DNA of 64,000 nt from Eledone cirrhosa. Lineage: Eukaryota. The position numbers and the translations under genes were made by a program. Under the pieces are notes generated by a model. The model had not been told where the DNA came from and did no database searches. It saw only the letters and a list, made by a program, of their open reading frames with translations. Positions 1 to 12,015 of the stretch are shown here, in pieces. Where the stretch lies: positions 124,001 to 188,000 of the forward strand of contig OZ024753.1 of the NCBI GenBank assembly GCA_964016885.1, read 5' to 3'. The stretch's first letter is position 1. The number at the start of each line of letters is the position of its first letter.

Positions 1-689
1 CCAACTAACCAGACCTCCCTCATAATGGACCAGCTAGATCCCAAAATACAGGCCTGCTTGCCAACACACAGTCCCAATAAGTGTAAGTTACAGCGCAGCT
101 ATCTGGACAGACTTGTCTTAAGACTACACACTATCCCACTACATCTTTTGTATACTATATATATACTGTTTATATATATATATATACTATATATATATAT
201 ACTGTTTATATATATATATACTATATATATATATACTGTTTATATATATATACACACATATAATTGTGTATTCACACATTATCTTAGTAATGAAATAATT
301 AATAATTTTAGTAAATTGTTCAAAATTCTTCATTAACCCTTTTGGTAGAAACCCAGCCAAAATTAGTTCTCGTACTATGGAAATGGTTCCTATCTAAATT
401 AAAGTCTTCCAACAAAATTCTATATAACAACCATATGGTAAGTTACTATGTTAGTAATTAACTAACAATTGTGATAAATAGCTCAAAATTATTCATAATT
501 AATTGAATTATAAGGTTCATAATTATAATAAAATCTTCAAATAGGCTACGAAACCGGTAAACCTGAAAGGTACACAACACACACACATTGCTATAGCGTT
601 TCACCAGCCCCTTCCTTCCTGAATTATTACAGAGATGTGTGTGTATGTAATAATTATTTGTATAATGTGTGTCTATTTATGAATATGTA

Positions 690-1400
690 TGAGTAGATGT
701 GTGTGTGTGTATCACAGTAGATGTGTATGTAACACAGTAGATGTGTATATGTAACAGAGTAGATGTGTGTTTGCATGTAACTCAGTATATGTGTATGTAA
801 CTCAGTAGATGTGTGTGTGTAACACGGTAGATGTGTGTGTGTAACACGGTTGATGTGTGTATGTAACACGGTAGATGTGTGTGTGTAACACGGTAGATGT
901 GTGTATGTAACAGTAGATGTGTATGTATGTAACACAGTAGATGTGTATGTATGTAACACAGTAGATGTGTGTATGTAACACAGTACATGTGTGTGTATGT
1001 AACTCAGTAGATGTGTGTGTATGTAACTCAGTAGATGTGTGTATGTAACACAGTAGATTGTGTGTATGTAACATAGAAGATGTGTGTAACACAGTAGATG
1101 TGTGTGTATGTAACACAGTAGATCTGTGTGTATGTAACTCAGTAGATGTGTGTGTATGTAACACAGGTGTGTGTATGTAACACAGTAGATGTGTGTATGT
1201 AACATAGTAGATGTGTGTGTAACACAGTAGATGTGTATGTAACGCAGTAGATGTGTGTGTATGTAACACAGTAGATGTGTGTGTAACACAGTAGATGTGT
1301 ATGTAACGCAGTAGATGTGTGTGTATATAACCCAGTTGATGTGTGTGTATGTAACACAGTAGATGTGTGTATGTAACATAGTATATGTGTATGTAACTAA
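690..1400. repeat. Minisatellite, ~20-24-bp unit GTAGAT(GT)nATGTAACACA; paralogues ~16365-17080 and ~32040-32785
   Basis: Directly visible tandem units; these generate the spurious His/Thr/Tyr-rich ORFs. Confidence 0.95.
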
Positions 1401-1959
1401 AGTGTAACGTACGTTACAAATGGACGACAAAATGATTTTAACTTGTTTTTTAACAATTGATGGTGGAAAAGATTTTAAATTGTCTTAACTCAGACCATAA
1501 AGGGCCGCAACACATGGAGTCTGACACTCTTACCGGCTACATAGCCTGGGCGTCTATTTTACCGCGACCGGCTACATTGCATCTTCCTAAAATCTTCCAA
1601 CATAATTTTATACAAGAACCACATGTTAAGTTACTAATAAAATAATTAATAAATAAAAACATTAGTAAGTCCTTCAAATGATATCTCAGTAATGAAATAA
1701 TTAATAATTGTTATAAATACCTCAAAATTCCTCATTAATTAAACCTCATTAATTAATTAAGCCGCTGAAAAGTGCAACAGATGCCCTCTTCTTAGTGAGA
1801 CAACTACAAAAGAGGTTCTTAGAGAAAAATAAGCCACTATACTTAGCTTTGGACATAGAGAAGGCTTTTGATAGAGAACTCTTATAAATGACAACATATA
1901 TATATGTGTGTGTATATATATGTTTTTTTTAAAACTATATATTTATTACTCCCTTAAGC

Positions 1960-2240
1960 AGAAGAAATATATTCCCAGATATCGAAGATTACCACAATAA
2001 CTAGGGAGCGGAAATCAATAGATGCTGGACATTGCTGCTGAGGGTAGGATGACCCGATGAGCTGGCTCCTGTGGTGGATACCTAAACATAGTAAGAGCCA
2101 AGTGGGATGACTGAGGTTCACCTACATACATCAGATGTCTCTGGATCTCCAGCTGGAGATTAATGATCTCAGGAATGCCATGAAAAATCGTGACATCTAA
2201 AAAAGAAGAGTAGAATTGTTCTGGCCAATCCACCTGACCT
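1960..2240 (+). mobile_element. Degenerate 3' end of a LINE ORF2 (RTE-like); repeated in every subunit
   Basis: Manual translation with stops gives AGHCC...WIPKHSKS...FTYIHQMSLDLQLEINDLRNAMKNRDI*KRRV, resembling the LINE C-terminal 'AGH..R...P..G.R.GRP..TY....L...M.DR..W' pattern. Confidence 0.6.
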
Positions 2241-2334
2241 AATAAACAATAATAATATTAATATATATTGATGAAAATTAATTATGGTGAAATATCTTAG
2301 AAATCATTCTCAGAGGTTTTGTATTGTAATCCAC

Positions 2335-4305
2335 ACTTGCTCCTTGTGGCTTCTGATGCAGACATCATGTCCGCCATCAGGTCCTTCCCAGCTAGCAGCT
2401 GCGGAGATGTTGATGGTCTCTGACCAGGCCTCCTCAAGGAGTTGATATCTCCCCTCTCCGCTGAGGCCGGGCGCCGCCTTCTGAGTGCAATTGTGGCGCT
2501 CACCAATAGGCTCATCCATGGCGCCCTGGACTCTTATGCTCGAGGCCTCTTTTTTTCGGCCAGCCTCACCGCTCTCAGGAAGAAAGAGGATGGCATACGC
2601 CCCATTGCTGTGGGCAATGTCTTCCGGAGGCTGGCTGCCAAGGTAATCTGCAAGTCCGTAACACTCGGAACCGGCATCCAGGGCCTCCAGCCACCTCATT
2701 GTCAAGTTTGACATGAGGAATGCCTTCAACTCTTTACGCTGGGATCATCTGCTCGAGGCCTGCCTCAGCCGAGCCCCCTCTGCCTACCTGTCATATGGAG
2801 CCCCAAGCATGCGCCATGCTGCTGATACGGTCATACCCTTGGCTACTGGGATCCAACAGGGCAACCCTTTGGGACCCCTCCTGTTCACCCTTGGTATTGA
2901 CCACATCGCCTGGAGTATAACGGCCCCTCTCAACGTTTGGTATCTGGATGATGCTACTTTGGGTGGGCCCGTACAGGCGGTCTGCCATGACCTTCAATCG
3001 GTGGTTCCTGCCCTGGCGGGAATCGACCTCCAGGTCAACTCAGCCAAGTCGGAGGTGGTGACTGTCAGCCTCGTTGCTGCAAGCGTTGCAGTCTCCGTCT
3101 TGGACGTGCGGTCCATTCTCCGCCAGGTTCAGGTGACCCCCCAAAGAGGATGCCCTCACCGATCCACCCGCTGGCCATCCGCTCCTCCATCAAGTCCAGA
3201 CTCTCACGAGCCGACTGGGCTTGATTGATGGCCACCCAGTTCTCTTTCTGCTGAGGAACTGCTACGCCATGCCGAAGCTCCTCTATACACTCTGTGCTAC
3301 ACCTAAACTTGTATCCGAGCAGCAGCCGATGAGATATGCAACTTTACCTGTCAGGTATGGCGGCCTTCGCCTCCAGTCCCCGATCTCACTAGCTTTGCCG
3401 GCATATCTTTCGTCGGTAACCTCGTACCACGTCCTCTTCAGCAGGGTTCTTCAAAACACAACAGAACCCTCTGTGTTCAGAGAACGCGTGGCCGCCTGTG
3501 AGACGTGGGACCGGCTGGGACTTAGCCCAGTAGACGTTCCTCCTCCTTCTCCCCCTGTTGACGTCAAGTCCCCCCCAACACACTTGGGATGCCATCCAGT
3601 GCAGCCTGGCCTCAGACAGGCTCACGTGCCAGCTCGACCAGCACCGCCTTGTTTGTTTTCGTGCAGCCTCCAAACCCCACAGTGGGGCCTGGCTCCATGC
3701 CCTGCCCTCCTTCTCCACTCGCACGCAGCTAGACAACAATAGCTTGCGCATCGGCGTTTCCCTGAGGCTCGGCCTCACACCAATGTCGCTGCCGTTCCAC
3801 CATGGACTCTTTCGGCCTCCACCCGCAATCCACGCCATGCTGCCCTCAACGAAGTCATTAAGCATGGCTTGGACGCTGCAGGCTTCCCTTCCCAGCTCGA
3901 GGGGACGGCAAAAGGCTAGATGGCATGACCATCTTCCCGTTCCGCGGTGGCAAACCCCTCGTCTGGGATGCCACTTGCACCGACACTTTCTGCAGCCGCA
4001 ACCTGGTGCAGTCTGCGACTGGCCCAGGTTCTGCTGCACGTCAGGCTGAGGGGGCCAAACTCCTCACATATCGTTCACTCTCCGACAGGTTTGCGGTCGT
4101 ACCCCTGGAAGTGGAGACTTCTGGTGTCCTCGGCCCCAGGGCTACCTCCTTACTCACCACCATAGACGCTGAGCTGGCCAGCCGCAGGTGTGAGCCCCGC
4201 GAGTTGGAGTGGCTTTTCCAGCGCGTCTCCCTTGCCTTGCTCCGGGGAAACGCCTTCTCCATTCTGTCCGCCGGGGCTGTGGGTGGGTCCCATCGCGTAC
4301 CGTTA
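2335..4305 (+). mobile_element. CRE-clade (CRE/SLACS) non-LTR retrotransposon relic, type A copy 1
   Basis: Motifs in frameshifted ORFs: GIRPIAVGNVFRRLAAK, KFDMRNAFNSL, GIQQGNPLGPLLF, WYLDDA, LPVRYGGL, SGAWLHALP, DGMTIFPFRGGKPLVWDATC, VETSGVLG, LFQRVSLA.LRGNA, i.e. RT plus restriction-like endonuclease of CRE type. Confidence 0.9.
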
Positions 4306-5313
4306 TGAATGTATACAAAACAACTAAATCTCTTAAATAACTTCACTTATATCCAAAACATGATTTGTATATACATCAACAGTGACTCATTATTATACGC
4401 CAGTCACGACCCCACTGCAAAAACGATATCTATATAACAACCCCACCGTAAAACTACTCTTCCCCACTTTACAAACACTTTATATTATTTGTCATTAAGG
4501 TTTCTTAAAATAAATATATATACGTATGTGTAGTAATTAGTACGGAGACTGAGAGAGAAGGGGCGAGTGTGTCTTCATGGAGGGCACATGGGACCAGCAA
4601 AGCCCTAAAAGTAGAGACCAGTAAATGAGATAAGGTCCTAGCTATGTTAAGAATATAAATAAGAAACATGTTCTATACATTTAAGAAGACAAGAGAAACA
4701 TGTTCTAAACATTTAAGAAATAATTATTTACCTCTTTCATGTCGGTAATATAGCGGTGTTATAAAACTAATTATAACGACCGGTGTTAAAATAGAGAGAG
4801 ATAGACAGATAAATGTGTGTCACACTCTCACCCTCTCTTTAAATCTTTTACACTATCTAACTCGTACTTCTCACACTCTCTTTAAATCTTTTACTCTATC
4901 TACCTCTTATTTCTATCTGTGTACATATATATGTGTATGTATGTATCTGTCTATGTGTAACTCGGTGTACTGGAGCAATATGAAGTGAAGTGTCTTGCTG
5001 AAGAAGACATTTTGTGGAGTTATATCATCGTTTCTTGTTATAAAGCTACTTATACTACCGGCGTAACAGTGGCTATAGGTGATAGATGTAGAAATAAAAG
5101 GCTGTAACAGCGATATAAATATAGATGAAATAGTTTACCACGAGACTAAGAATGAATGTTTAATGGAATTAAGTGTAATCTAATAGGAAATAAGAGGCTA
5201 GAGCAGCGAAATGTTTACGTAAAATAAAAGAACAACAAACAAGAGTGCAACATTGAAATTTTTTTTTTTTTTTTGTCGATATAAGCGTTATTTTATGCGC
5301 GATTTGCCTTGCT

Positions 5314-5425
5314 GCCGGCGCTGCTTAGTCAGTTGCAGCCCCGCTTACGAAGTTCAGGAGCCAACGACTTTACATGGTTCGAATCTCACCCTCTCCGCTC
5401 TTGTCGAGTTATCTCCTACTCTTTT
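5314..5425 (+). other. Pol III type-2 promoter-like cassette (tRNA-derived head or small ncRNA); also ~11223, ~20986, ~26910, ~36689
   Basis: A-box-like TTGCTCAGTCAGTAG (clearest in the B copies), B box GGTTCGAATC at 5376-5385, and a T4-T5 run about 35 nt later. Confidence 0.45.
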
Positions 5426-6093
5426 TACTTAGTTCCAGGTCATTAAAATAGAGCAAAGAGGGCGCGGCGATCGGCATATGCACTGGCTATAATGTTGTAC
5501 TTTGGTACTGACTGCGTAGTTGAACGTTCCACATACCAACCGCCCAACTGGCCAGTCAACCGCATATGCGGCTGGCTGGCCGGTTGGGTAGTTGGCATAT
5601 GTACTGGCTACCATGCTGAACATTGTACTGACTGTCAAGTTGAACGTTCTAACCCTCTCTTTACATCTATTACTCTATCTACCGCTTAGTTCTCTCCCTC
5701 TCTTTACTTCTATAACTCTATCTCCCACTCTCTTTACATCTATTACAGTGTCTCCCTGTATATATACACGTATATATGCACTAGATTTTATAAGAAATCT
5801 ACGTAATAATATAATTAACAATAGTTGATGAATTAGACCAGAGTTAATTAAACAATAAATATGAATGAAATAGCAGTAGATGGCGAAACTTGAGTGTTGT
5901 GTGTGCATACATATATATGAGGTAAACTGGTTCAAATACTGTCAGGATTATATTGGATCAAAGACTGTATTAAATAGAAAGTAAAAAATGAAGTGAAAAT
6001 ATAAAAACAAACTGAAAATTTCCCCATCCCTAGAAAAATTCATATCTTGTTATATATAGATAATTGGCGCTTTAAATTGAATAAATATTCATT

Positions 6094-6124
<31 letters not shown>

Positions 6125-6169
6125 GTACACTGATATATATGTGTGTATATATATATGTGTATATATATA

Positions 6170-6207
<38 letters not shown>

Positions 6208-6212
<5 letters not shown>

Positions 6213-6757
6213 ACTTCATCATACGTCCGCTTTTCCATGCTTGCAAGGGTGGGGTGGGAGCTGATTCTGGATTGGTTTCTACAGCTGGGTGCCCTTCCTG
6301 ACGCCAACCCCGTTTGCAGTGAGTGCTGGGTGCTTTTTTTTTTCCGTGGCACCTCCACGTCAGCTTTACAGTGTGGGCTGGGTGCTTTTTGGCCGCGGCG
6401 CCTCCACGACCACTTTGCGGTGGGGAGGTGGGGTGGTATGTGTATACCCAGCCCATTGTCATTTGCCACACAGAAAAGCGTATAGCATCGTTCTTTACCC
6501 ACGATGAATCTAGCAGACCCACCCCTCCACCTGGTCTCTTGAATACAACAAACATCGACCTCCTTACGTTCAAGCATTTCTACAACCTCGTTAGAGCCAC
6601 CCTATAAGGTGCCTACATTAATGGTACCAACTCTGAAGTTTTGGATTGCGTTTGGAGGTTGGGAGCAGTGGGGAGCGGGGATGGGGTTAGGGTTAGCCAT
6701 CCGCGGCCGAAACAAAGAGGAGGAGCCCTTGCATTCTCGTCCATGAGGTGGATTTGT
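6208..6757 (-). mobile_element. Internally deleted (bipartite) RTE derivative: 5' region and AP-endonuclease start joined to the RTE 3' tail; also ~21880-22429 and ~37587-38135, truncated at ~12113-12455 and ~27800-28142
   Basis: Minus strand reads RVGTINVGTL...[24 protein letters not shown] (APE N-terminus), followed within about 100 bp by GGAAGGGCACCCAGCTGTAGAAA...GCAAGCATGGAAAAGCGGACGTATGATG. Confidence 0.75.
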
Positions 6758-6759
6758 CT

Positions 6760-7250
6760 TTATGTATGTATATGTATATATGTATGTATGTGTGTGTATG
6801 TATGTATATGTATATATGAGTGTATATGTGTATATGTATGTATATGTATGTGTATGTATGTGTATATATGTGTATATGTATGTGTTTGTATATATGTGTG
6901 TGTATGTATATATATATATATGTATGTGTATATGTATGTATATGTATGTATGTGTATATGTATATATGTATGTATATGTGTGTATGTATGTATATATGTA
7001 TGTATGTGTATATATGTATGTATGTATATGTATATATACGTGTGTATATGTAAATATACTTATGTGTATATGCTTATGTATGTGTATGTGTGTATATTTA
7101 TATTATGTATATATATATATCTATGTATGTGTATGTATGTATATATATGTATGTATATGTGTATGTATGTGTATGTATGTATGTGTATATATGTATGTAT
7201 GTATATATATATGTATGTATATGTATGTGTATGTATATGTATATGTATAT
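6760..7250. repeat. Compound (TATG/TA/TG)n microsatellite; also ~22430-22934 and ~38138-38597
   Basis: Directly visible; source of the MYVCI-type ORFs. Confidence 0.97.
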
Positions 7251-7601
7251 GGAGGCACATGGCTTAGTGGTTCGAGCATTGGCCTGGCAATCGAAAGGTT
7301 GTGAGTTCAATTCTCAGACCGGGTGATGTGTTGTTTCCTTGAGCAAGACACTTTATTTCACATTGCTCCAGTTTACTCAGCTGTAGAAATGAGATGATAG
7401 GGACTGGGGTCCATATCATTCCACTGCAAAGTGGTCGTGGAGGTGCCACGGCAAAAAAGCACTCAGCACTCACTGTAAATGAGGTTGGTGTTAGGAAGGG
7501 CATCCAGCTGTAGAAATCAAGCCAGAATCAGTTCCCGTCCCACCCTTGCAAGCAGGGAAAAAGTGGACTTAAAACGAAATGATGATGATGATGATGATGA
7601 T
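7251..7601 (+). mobile_element. tRNA-derived SINE with CORE-like middle and RTE tail; also ~22935-23288 and ~38598-38945
   Basis: A box TGGCTTAGTGG, B box GAGTTCAATTC, CCTTGAGCAAGACACTT core-like motif, tail GGAAGGGCATCCAGCTGTAGAAA...(GAT)n. Confidence 0.85.
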
Positions 7602-7640
7602 GTATGTATGTATGTGTATATGTATGTATGTATGTATATG

Positions 7641-7785
7641 TATGAGATGCAGTTTGGTTTTGTGCCGCTGAAAAGTGCAACAGATGCCCTCTTCTTAGTG
7701 AGACAACTACAAAAGAGGTTCTTAGAGAAAAATAAGCCACTATACTTAGCTTTGGACATAGAGAAGGCTTTTGATAGAGAACTCT
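7641..7785 (+). mobile_element. Short RTE reverse-transcriptase fragment (5'-clipped version at 1761-1880)
   Basis: EMQFGFVPLKSATDALFLVRQLQKRFLEKNKPLYLALDIEKAFDR matches the same segment of the RTE at 14404-15660. Confidence 0.85.
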
Positions 7786-10700
7786 TATAAATGACAACAT
7801 ATATATATGTGTGTGTATATATATGTTTTTTTTAAAACTATATATTTATTACTCCCTTAAGCAGAAGAAATATATTCCCAGATATCGAAGATTACCACAA
7901 TAACTAGGGAGCGGAAATCAATAGATGCTGGACATTGCTGCTGAGGGTAGGATGACCTGATGAGCTGGCTCCTGTGGTGGATACCTAAACATAGTAAGAC
8001 CCAAGTGGGATGACTGAGGTTCACCTACATACATCAGATGTCTCTGGATCTCCAGCTGGAGATTAATGATCTCAGGAATGCCATGAAAAATCGTGACATC
8101 TAAAAAAGAAGAGTAGAATTGTTCTGGCCAATCCACCTGACCTAATAAACAATAATAATATTAATATATATTGATGAAAATTAATTATGGTGAAATATCT
8201 TAGAAATCATTCTCAGAGGTTTTGTATTGTAATCCACACTTGCTCCTTGTGGCTTCTGATGCAGACATCATGTCCGCCATCAGGTCCTTCCCAGCTAGCA
8301 GCTGCGGTGATGTTGATGGTCTCTGACCAGGCCTCCTCAAGGAGTTGACATCTCCCCTCTCCGCTGAGGCCGGGCGCCGCCTTCTGAGTGCAATTGTGGC
8401 GCTCACCAATAGGCTCATCCATGGCGCCCTGGACTCTTATGCTCGAGGCCTCTTTTTTTCAGCCAGCTTCACCGCTCTCAGGAAGAAAGAGGGTGGCATA
8501 CGCCCCATTGCTGTGGGCAATGTCTTCCGGAGGCTGGCTGCCAAGGTAACCTGCAAGTCCGTAACACTCGGAACCGGCATCCAGGGACTCCAGCCACCTC
8601 ATTGTCAAGTTTGACATGAGGAATGCCTTCAACTCTTTACGCTGGGATCATCTGCTCGAGGCCTGCCTCAGCCGAGCCCCCTCTGCCTAGCTGTCATATG
8701 GAGCCCCGAGCATGCGACATGCTGCTGATACGGTCATACCCTTGGCTACTGGGATCCAACAGGGCAACCCTTTGGGACCCCTCCTGTTCACCCTTGGTAT
8801 TGACCACATCGCCCGGAGTATAACGGCCCCTCTCAACGTTTGGTATCTGGATGATGCTACTTTGGGTGGGCCCGTACAGGCGGTCTGCCATGACCTTCAA
8901 TCGGTGGTTCCTGCCCTGGCGGGAATCGACCTCCAGGTCAACTCAGCCAAGTCGGAGGTGGTGAATGTCAGCCTCGATGCTGCAAGCTTTGCAATATCCG
9001 TCTTGGACGTGCGGTCCATTCTCCGCCAGGTTCAGGTGACCCCCAAAGAGGATGCCCTCACCGATCCACCCGCCGGCCATCCGCTCCACCATCAAGTTCA
9101 GACTCTCACGAGCCGACTGGGCTTGATTGATGGCCACCCAGTTCTCTTTCTGCTGAGGAACTGCTACGCCATGCCGAAGCTCCTCTATACACTCTGTGCT
9201 ACACCCAGACTTGTATCCGAGCAGCAGCCGATGAGATATGCAACTTTACCTATCAGGTATGGCGACCTTCGCCTCCAGTCCCCGATCTCACTAGCTTTGC
9301 CGGCGTATCTTTCGTCGGTAACCTCGTACCACGTCCACCTCAGCAGGGTTCTTCAAAACACAACAGAACCCTCTGTGTTCAGAGAACGCGTGGCCGCCTG
9401 TGAGACGTGGCACCGGCTGGGACTTAGCCCAGTAGACGTTCCTCCTCCTTCTCCCCCTGTTGACGTCAAGTCCCCCCAACACACTTGGGATGCCATCCAG
9501 TGCAGCCTGGCCTCAGACAGGCTCACGTGCCAGCTCGACCAGCACCGCCTTGTTTGTTTTCGTGCGGCCTCCAAACCCCACAGTGGGGCCTGGCTCCATG
9601 CCCTGCCCTCCTTCTCCACTCGCACGCAGCTAGACAACCATAGCTTGCGCATCGGCGTTTCCCTGAGGCTCGGCCTCACACCAATGTCACTGCCGTTCCA
9701 CCATGGACTCTTTCGGCCTCCACCCGCTTTCCTGTCGCCACAGTGCCAGCCGCAATCCACGCCATGCTGCCCTCAACGAAATCATTAAGCATGGCTTGGA
9801 CGCTGCAGGCTTCCCTTCCCAGCTCCAGGGGACGGCAAAAGGACGATGGCAAACCCCTCGTCTGGGATGCCACTTGCACCGACACTTTCTGCAGCCGCAA
9901 CCTGGTGCAGTCTGCGACTGGCCCAGGTTCTGCTGCACGTCAGGCTGAGAGGGCCAAACTCCTCACATATCGTTCACTCTCCGACAGGTTTTCGGTCGTA
10001 CCCCTGGAAGTGGAGACTTCTGGTGTCCTCGACCCCAGGGCTACCTCCTTACTCACCACCATAGGCGCTGAGCTGGCCAGTCGCAGGTGTGAGCCCCGCG
10101 AGTTGGAGTGGCTTTTCCAGCGCGTCTCCCTTGCCGTGCTCCGGGGAAACGCCTTCTCCATTCTGTCCGCCGGGGCTGTGGGTGGGCCCCATCGCGTACC
10201 GTTATAGTTGTTGAAGAAGAAACAGGGAGACAACAACTGGAATGTATACAAAACAACTAAATCTCTTAAATAACTTCACTTATATCCAAAATATGATTTG
10301 TATATACATCAACAGTGACTCATTATTATACGCCAGTCACGACCCCACTGCAAAAACGATATCTATATAACAACCCCACCGTAAAACTACTCTTCCCCAC
10401 TTTACAAACACTTTATATTATTTGTCATTAAGGTTTCTTAAAATAAATATATATACGTATGTGTAGTTATTAGTACGGGGACTGAGAGAGAAGGGGCGAG
10501 TGTGTCTTCATGGAGGGCACATGGGACCAGCAAAGCCCTAAAAGTAGAGACCAGTAAATGAGATAAGGTCCTAGCTATGTTAAGAATATAAATAAGAAAC
10601 ATGTTCTATACATTTAAGAAGACAAGAGAAACATGTTCTAAACATTTAAGAAATAATTATTTACCTCTTTCATGTCGGTAATATAGCGGTGTTATAAAAC

Positions 10701-11980
10701 TAATTATAACGACCGGTGTTAAAATAGAGAGAGATAGACAGATAAATGTGTGTCACACTCTCACCCTCTCTTTAAATCTTTTACACTATCTTTACATCTT
10801 TTACTCTATCTCCCTCTTATTTCTATCTGTGTACATATATATGTGTATGTATGTATCTGTCTATGTGTAACTCGGTGTACTGGAGCAATATGAGGTGAAG
10901 TGTCTTGCTGAAGAAGACATTTTGTGGAGTTATATCATCGTTTCTTGTTATAAAGCTACTTATACTACCGGCGTAACAGTGGCTATAGGTGATAGATGTA
11001 GAAATAAAAGGCTGTAACAGCGATATAAATATAGATGAAATAGTTTACCACGAGACTAAGAATGAATGTTTAATGGAATTAAGTGTAATCTAATAGGAAA
11101 TAAGAGGCTAGAGCAGCGAAATGTTTACGTAAAATAAAAGAACAACAAACAAAAGTGCAACGTTGAAATTTTTGTTTTATTTTCTCGATATAAGCGTTAT
11201 TTTATGCGCGATTTTCCTTGCTGCCGGCGTTGCTCAGTCAGTAGCAGCCCCGCTTACGAAGTTCAGGAGCCAACGACTTTACATGGTTCGAATCTCACCC
11301 TCTCCGCTCTTGTCGAGTTATCTCCTACTCGTTTTACTTAGTTCCAGGTCATTTAAATAGAGCAAAGAGGTCGCGGCGATCGGCATATGCACTGGCTACA
11401 ATGTTGAACTTTGGTACTGACTGCATAGTTGAACGTTCCACATACCAACCGCCCAACTGGCCAGTCAACCGCAAATACGGCTGGCTGGCCGGTTGGGTAG
11501 TTGGCATATGTACTGACTGTCAAGTTGAACGTTCTAACCCTCTCTTTACATCTATTGCTCTATCTACCGCTTATTTCTCTCCCTCTCTTTACTTCTATAA
11601 CTCTATCTCCCACTCTCTTTACATCTATTACACAGTGTCTCCCTGTATATATACACGTATATATGCACTAGATTTTATAAGAAATCTACGTAATAATATA
11701 ATTAACAATAGTTGATGAATTAGACCAGAGTTAATTAAACAATAAATATGAATGAAATAGCAGTAGATGGCGAAACTTGAGTGTTGTGTGTGCATACATA
11801 TATATGAGGTAAACTGGTTCAAATACTGTCAGGATTATATTGGATCAAAGACTGTATTAAATAGAAAGTAAAAAATGAAGTGAAAATATAAAAACAAACT
11901 GAAAATTTCCCCATCCCTAGAAAAATTCATATCTTGTTATATATAGATAATTGGCGCTTTAAATTGAATAAATATTCATT

Positions 11981-12015
<35 letters not shown>

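Larger units (their letters stand above)
1761..7663. repeat. 5.9-kb subunit type A (also 17443-23350, 33145-39011)
   Basis: GCCGCTGAAAAGTGCAACAG at 1761 recurs at 7664 (offset 5903) and the downstream sequence is colinear. Confidence 0.93.

Noticed and set aside
654-1430. His/Thr/Cys-rich ORFs of 150-260 aa
   Set aside because: Translations of a minisatellite; the frames change between the three array copies.
6683-6696. GGGGTTAGGGTTAG as a telomeric repeat or CRE target
   Set aside because: Fewer than two full units, inside the RTE 5' region and not at a CRE junction.
6641-7326. Long MYVCIC-type ORFs
   Set aside because: Microsatellite translation artefacts, open in several frames.
7957-7990. 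CTGATGAG as a hammerhead core
   Set aside because: No stem II followed by GAAA; lies within a decayed LINE coding fragment.
8712-9788. 358-aa ORF as a functional RT or retron-like gene
   Set aside because: In-frame TAG just upstream, missing RT segments and a frameshift before the endonuclease; it is a eukaryotic CRE relic.
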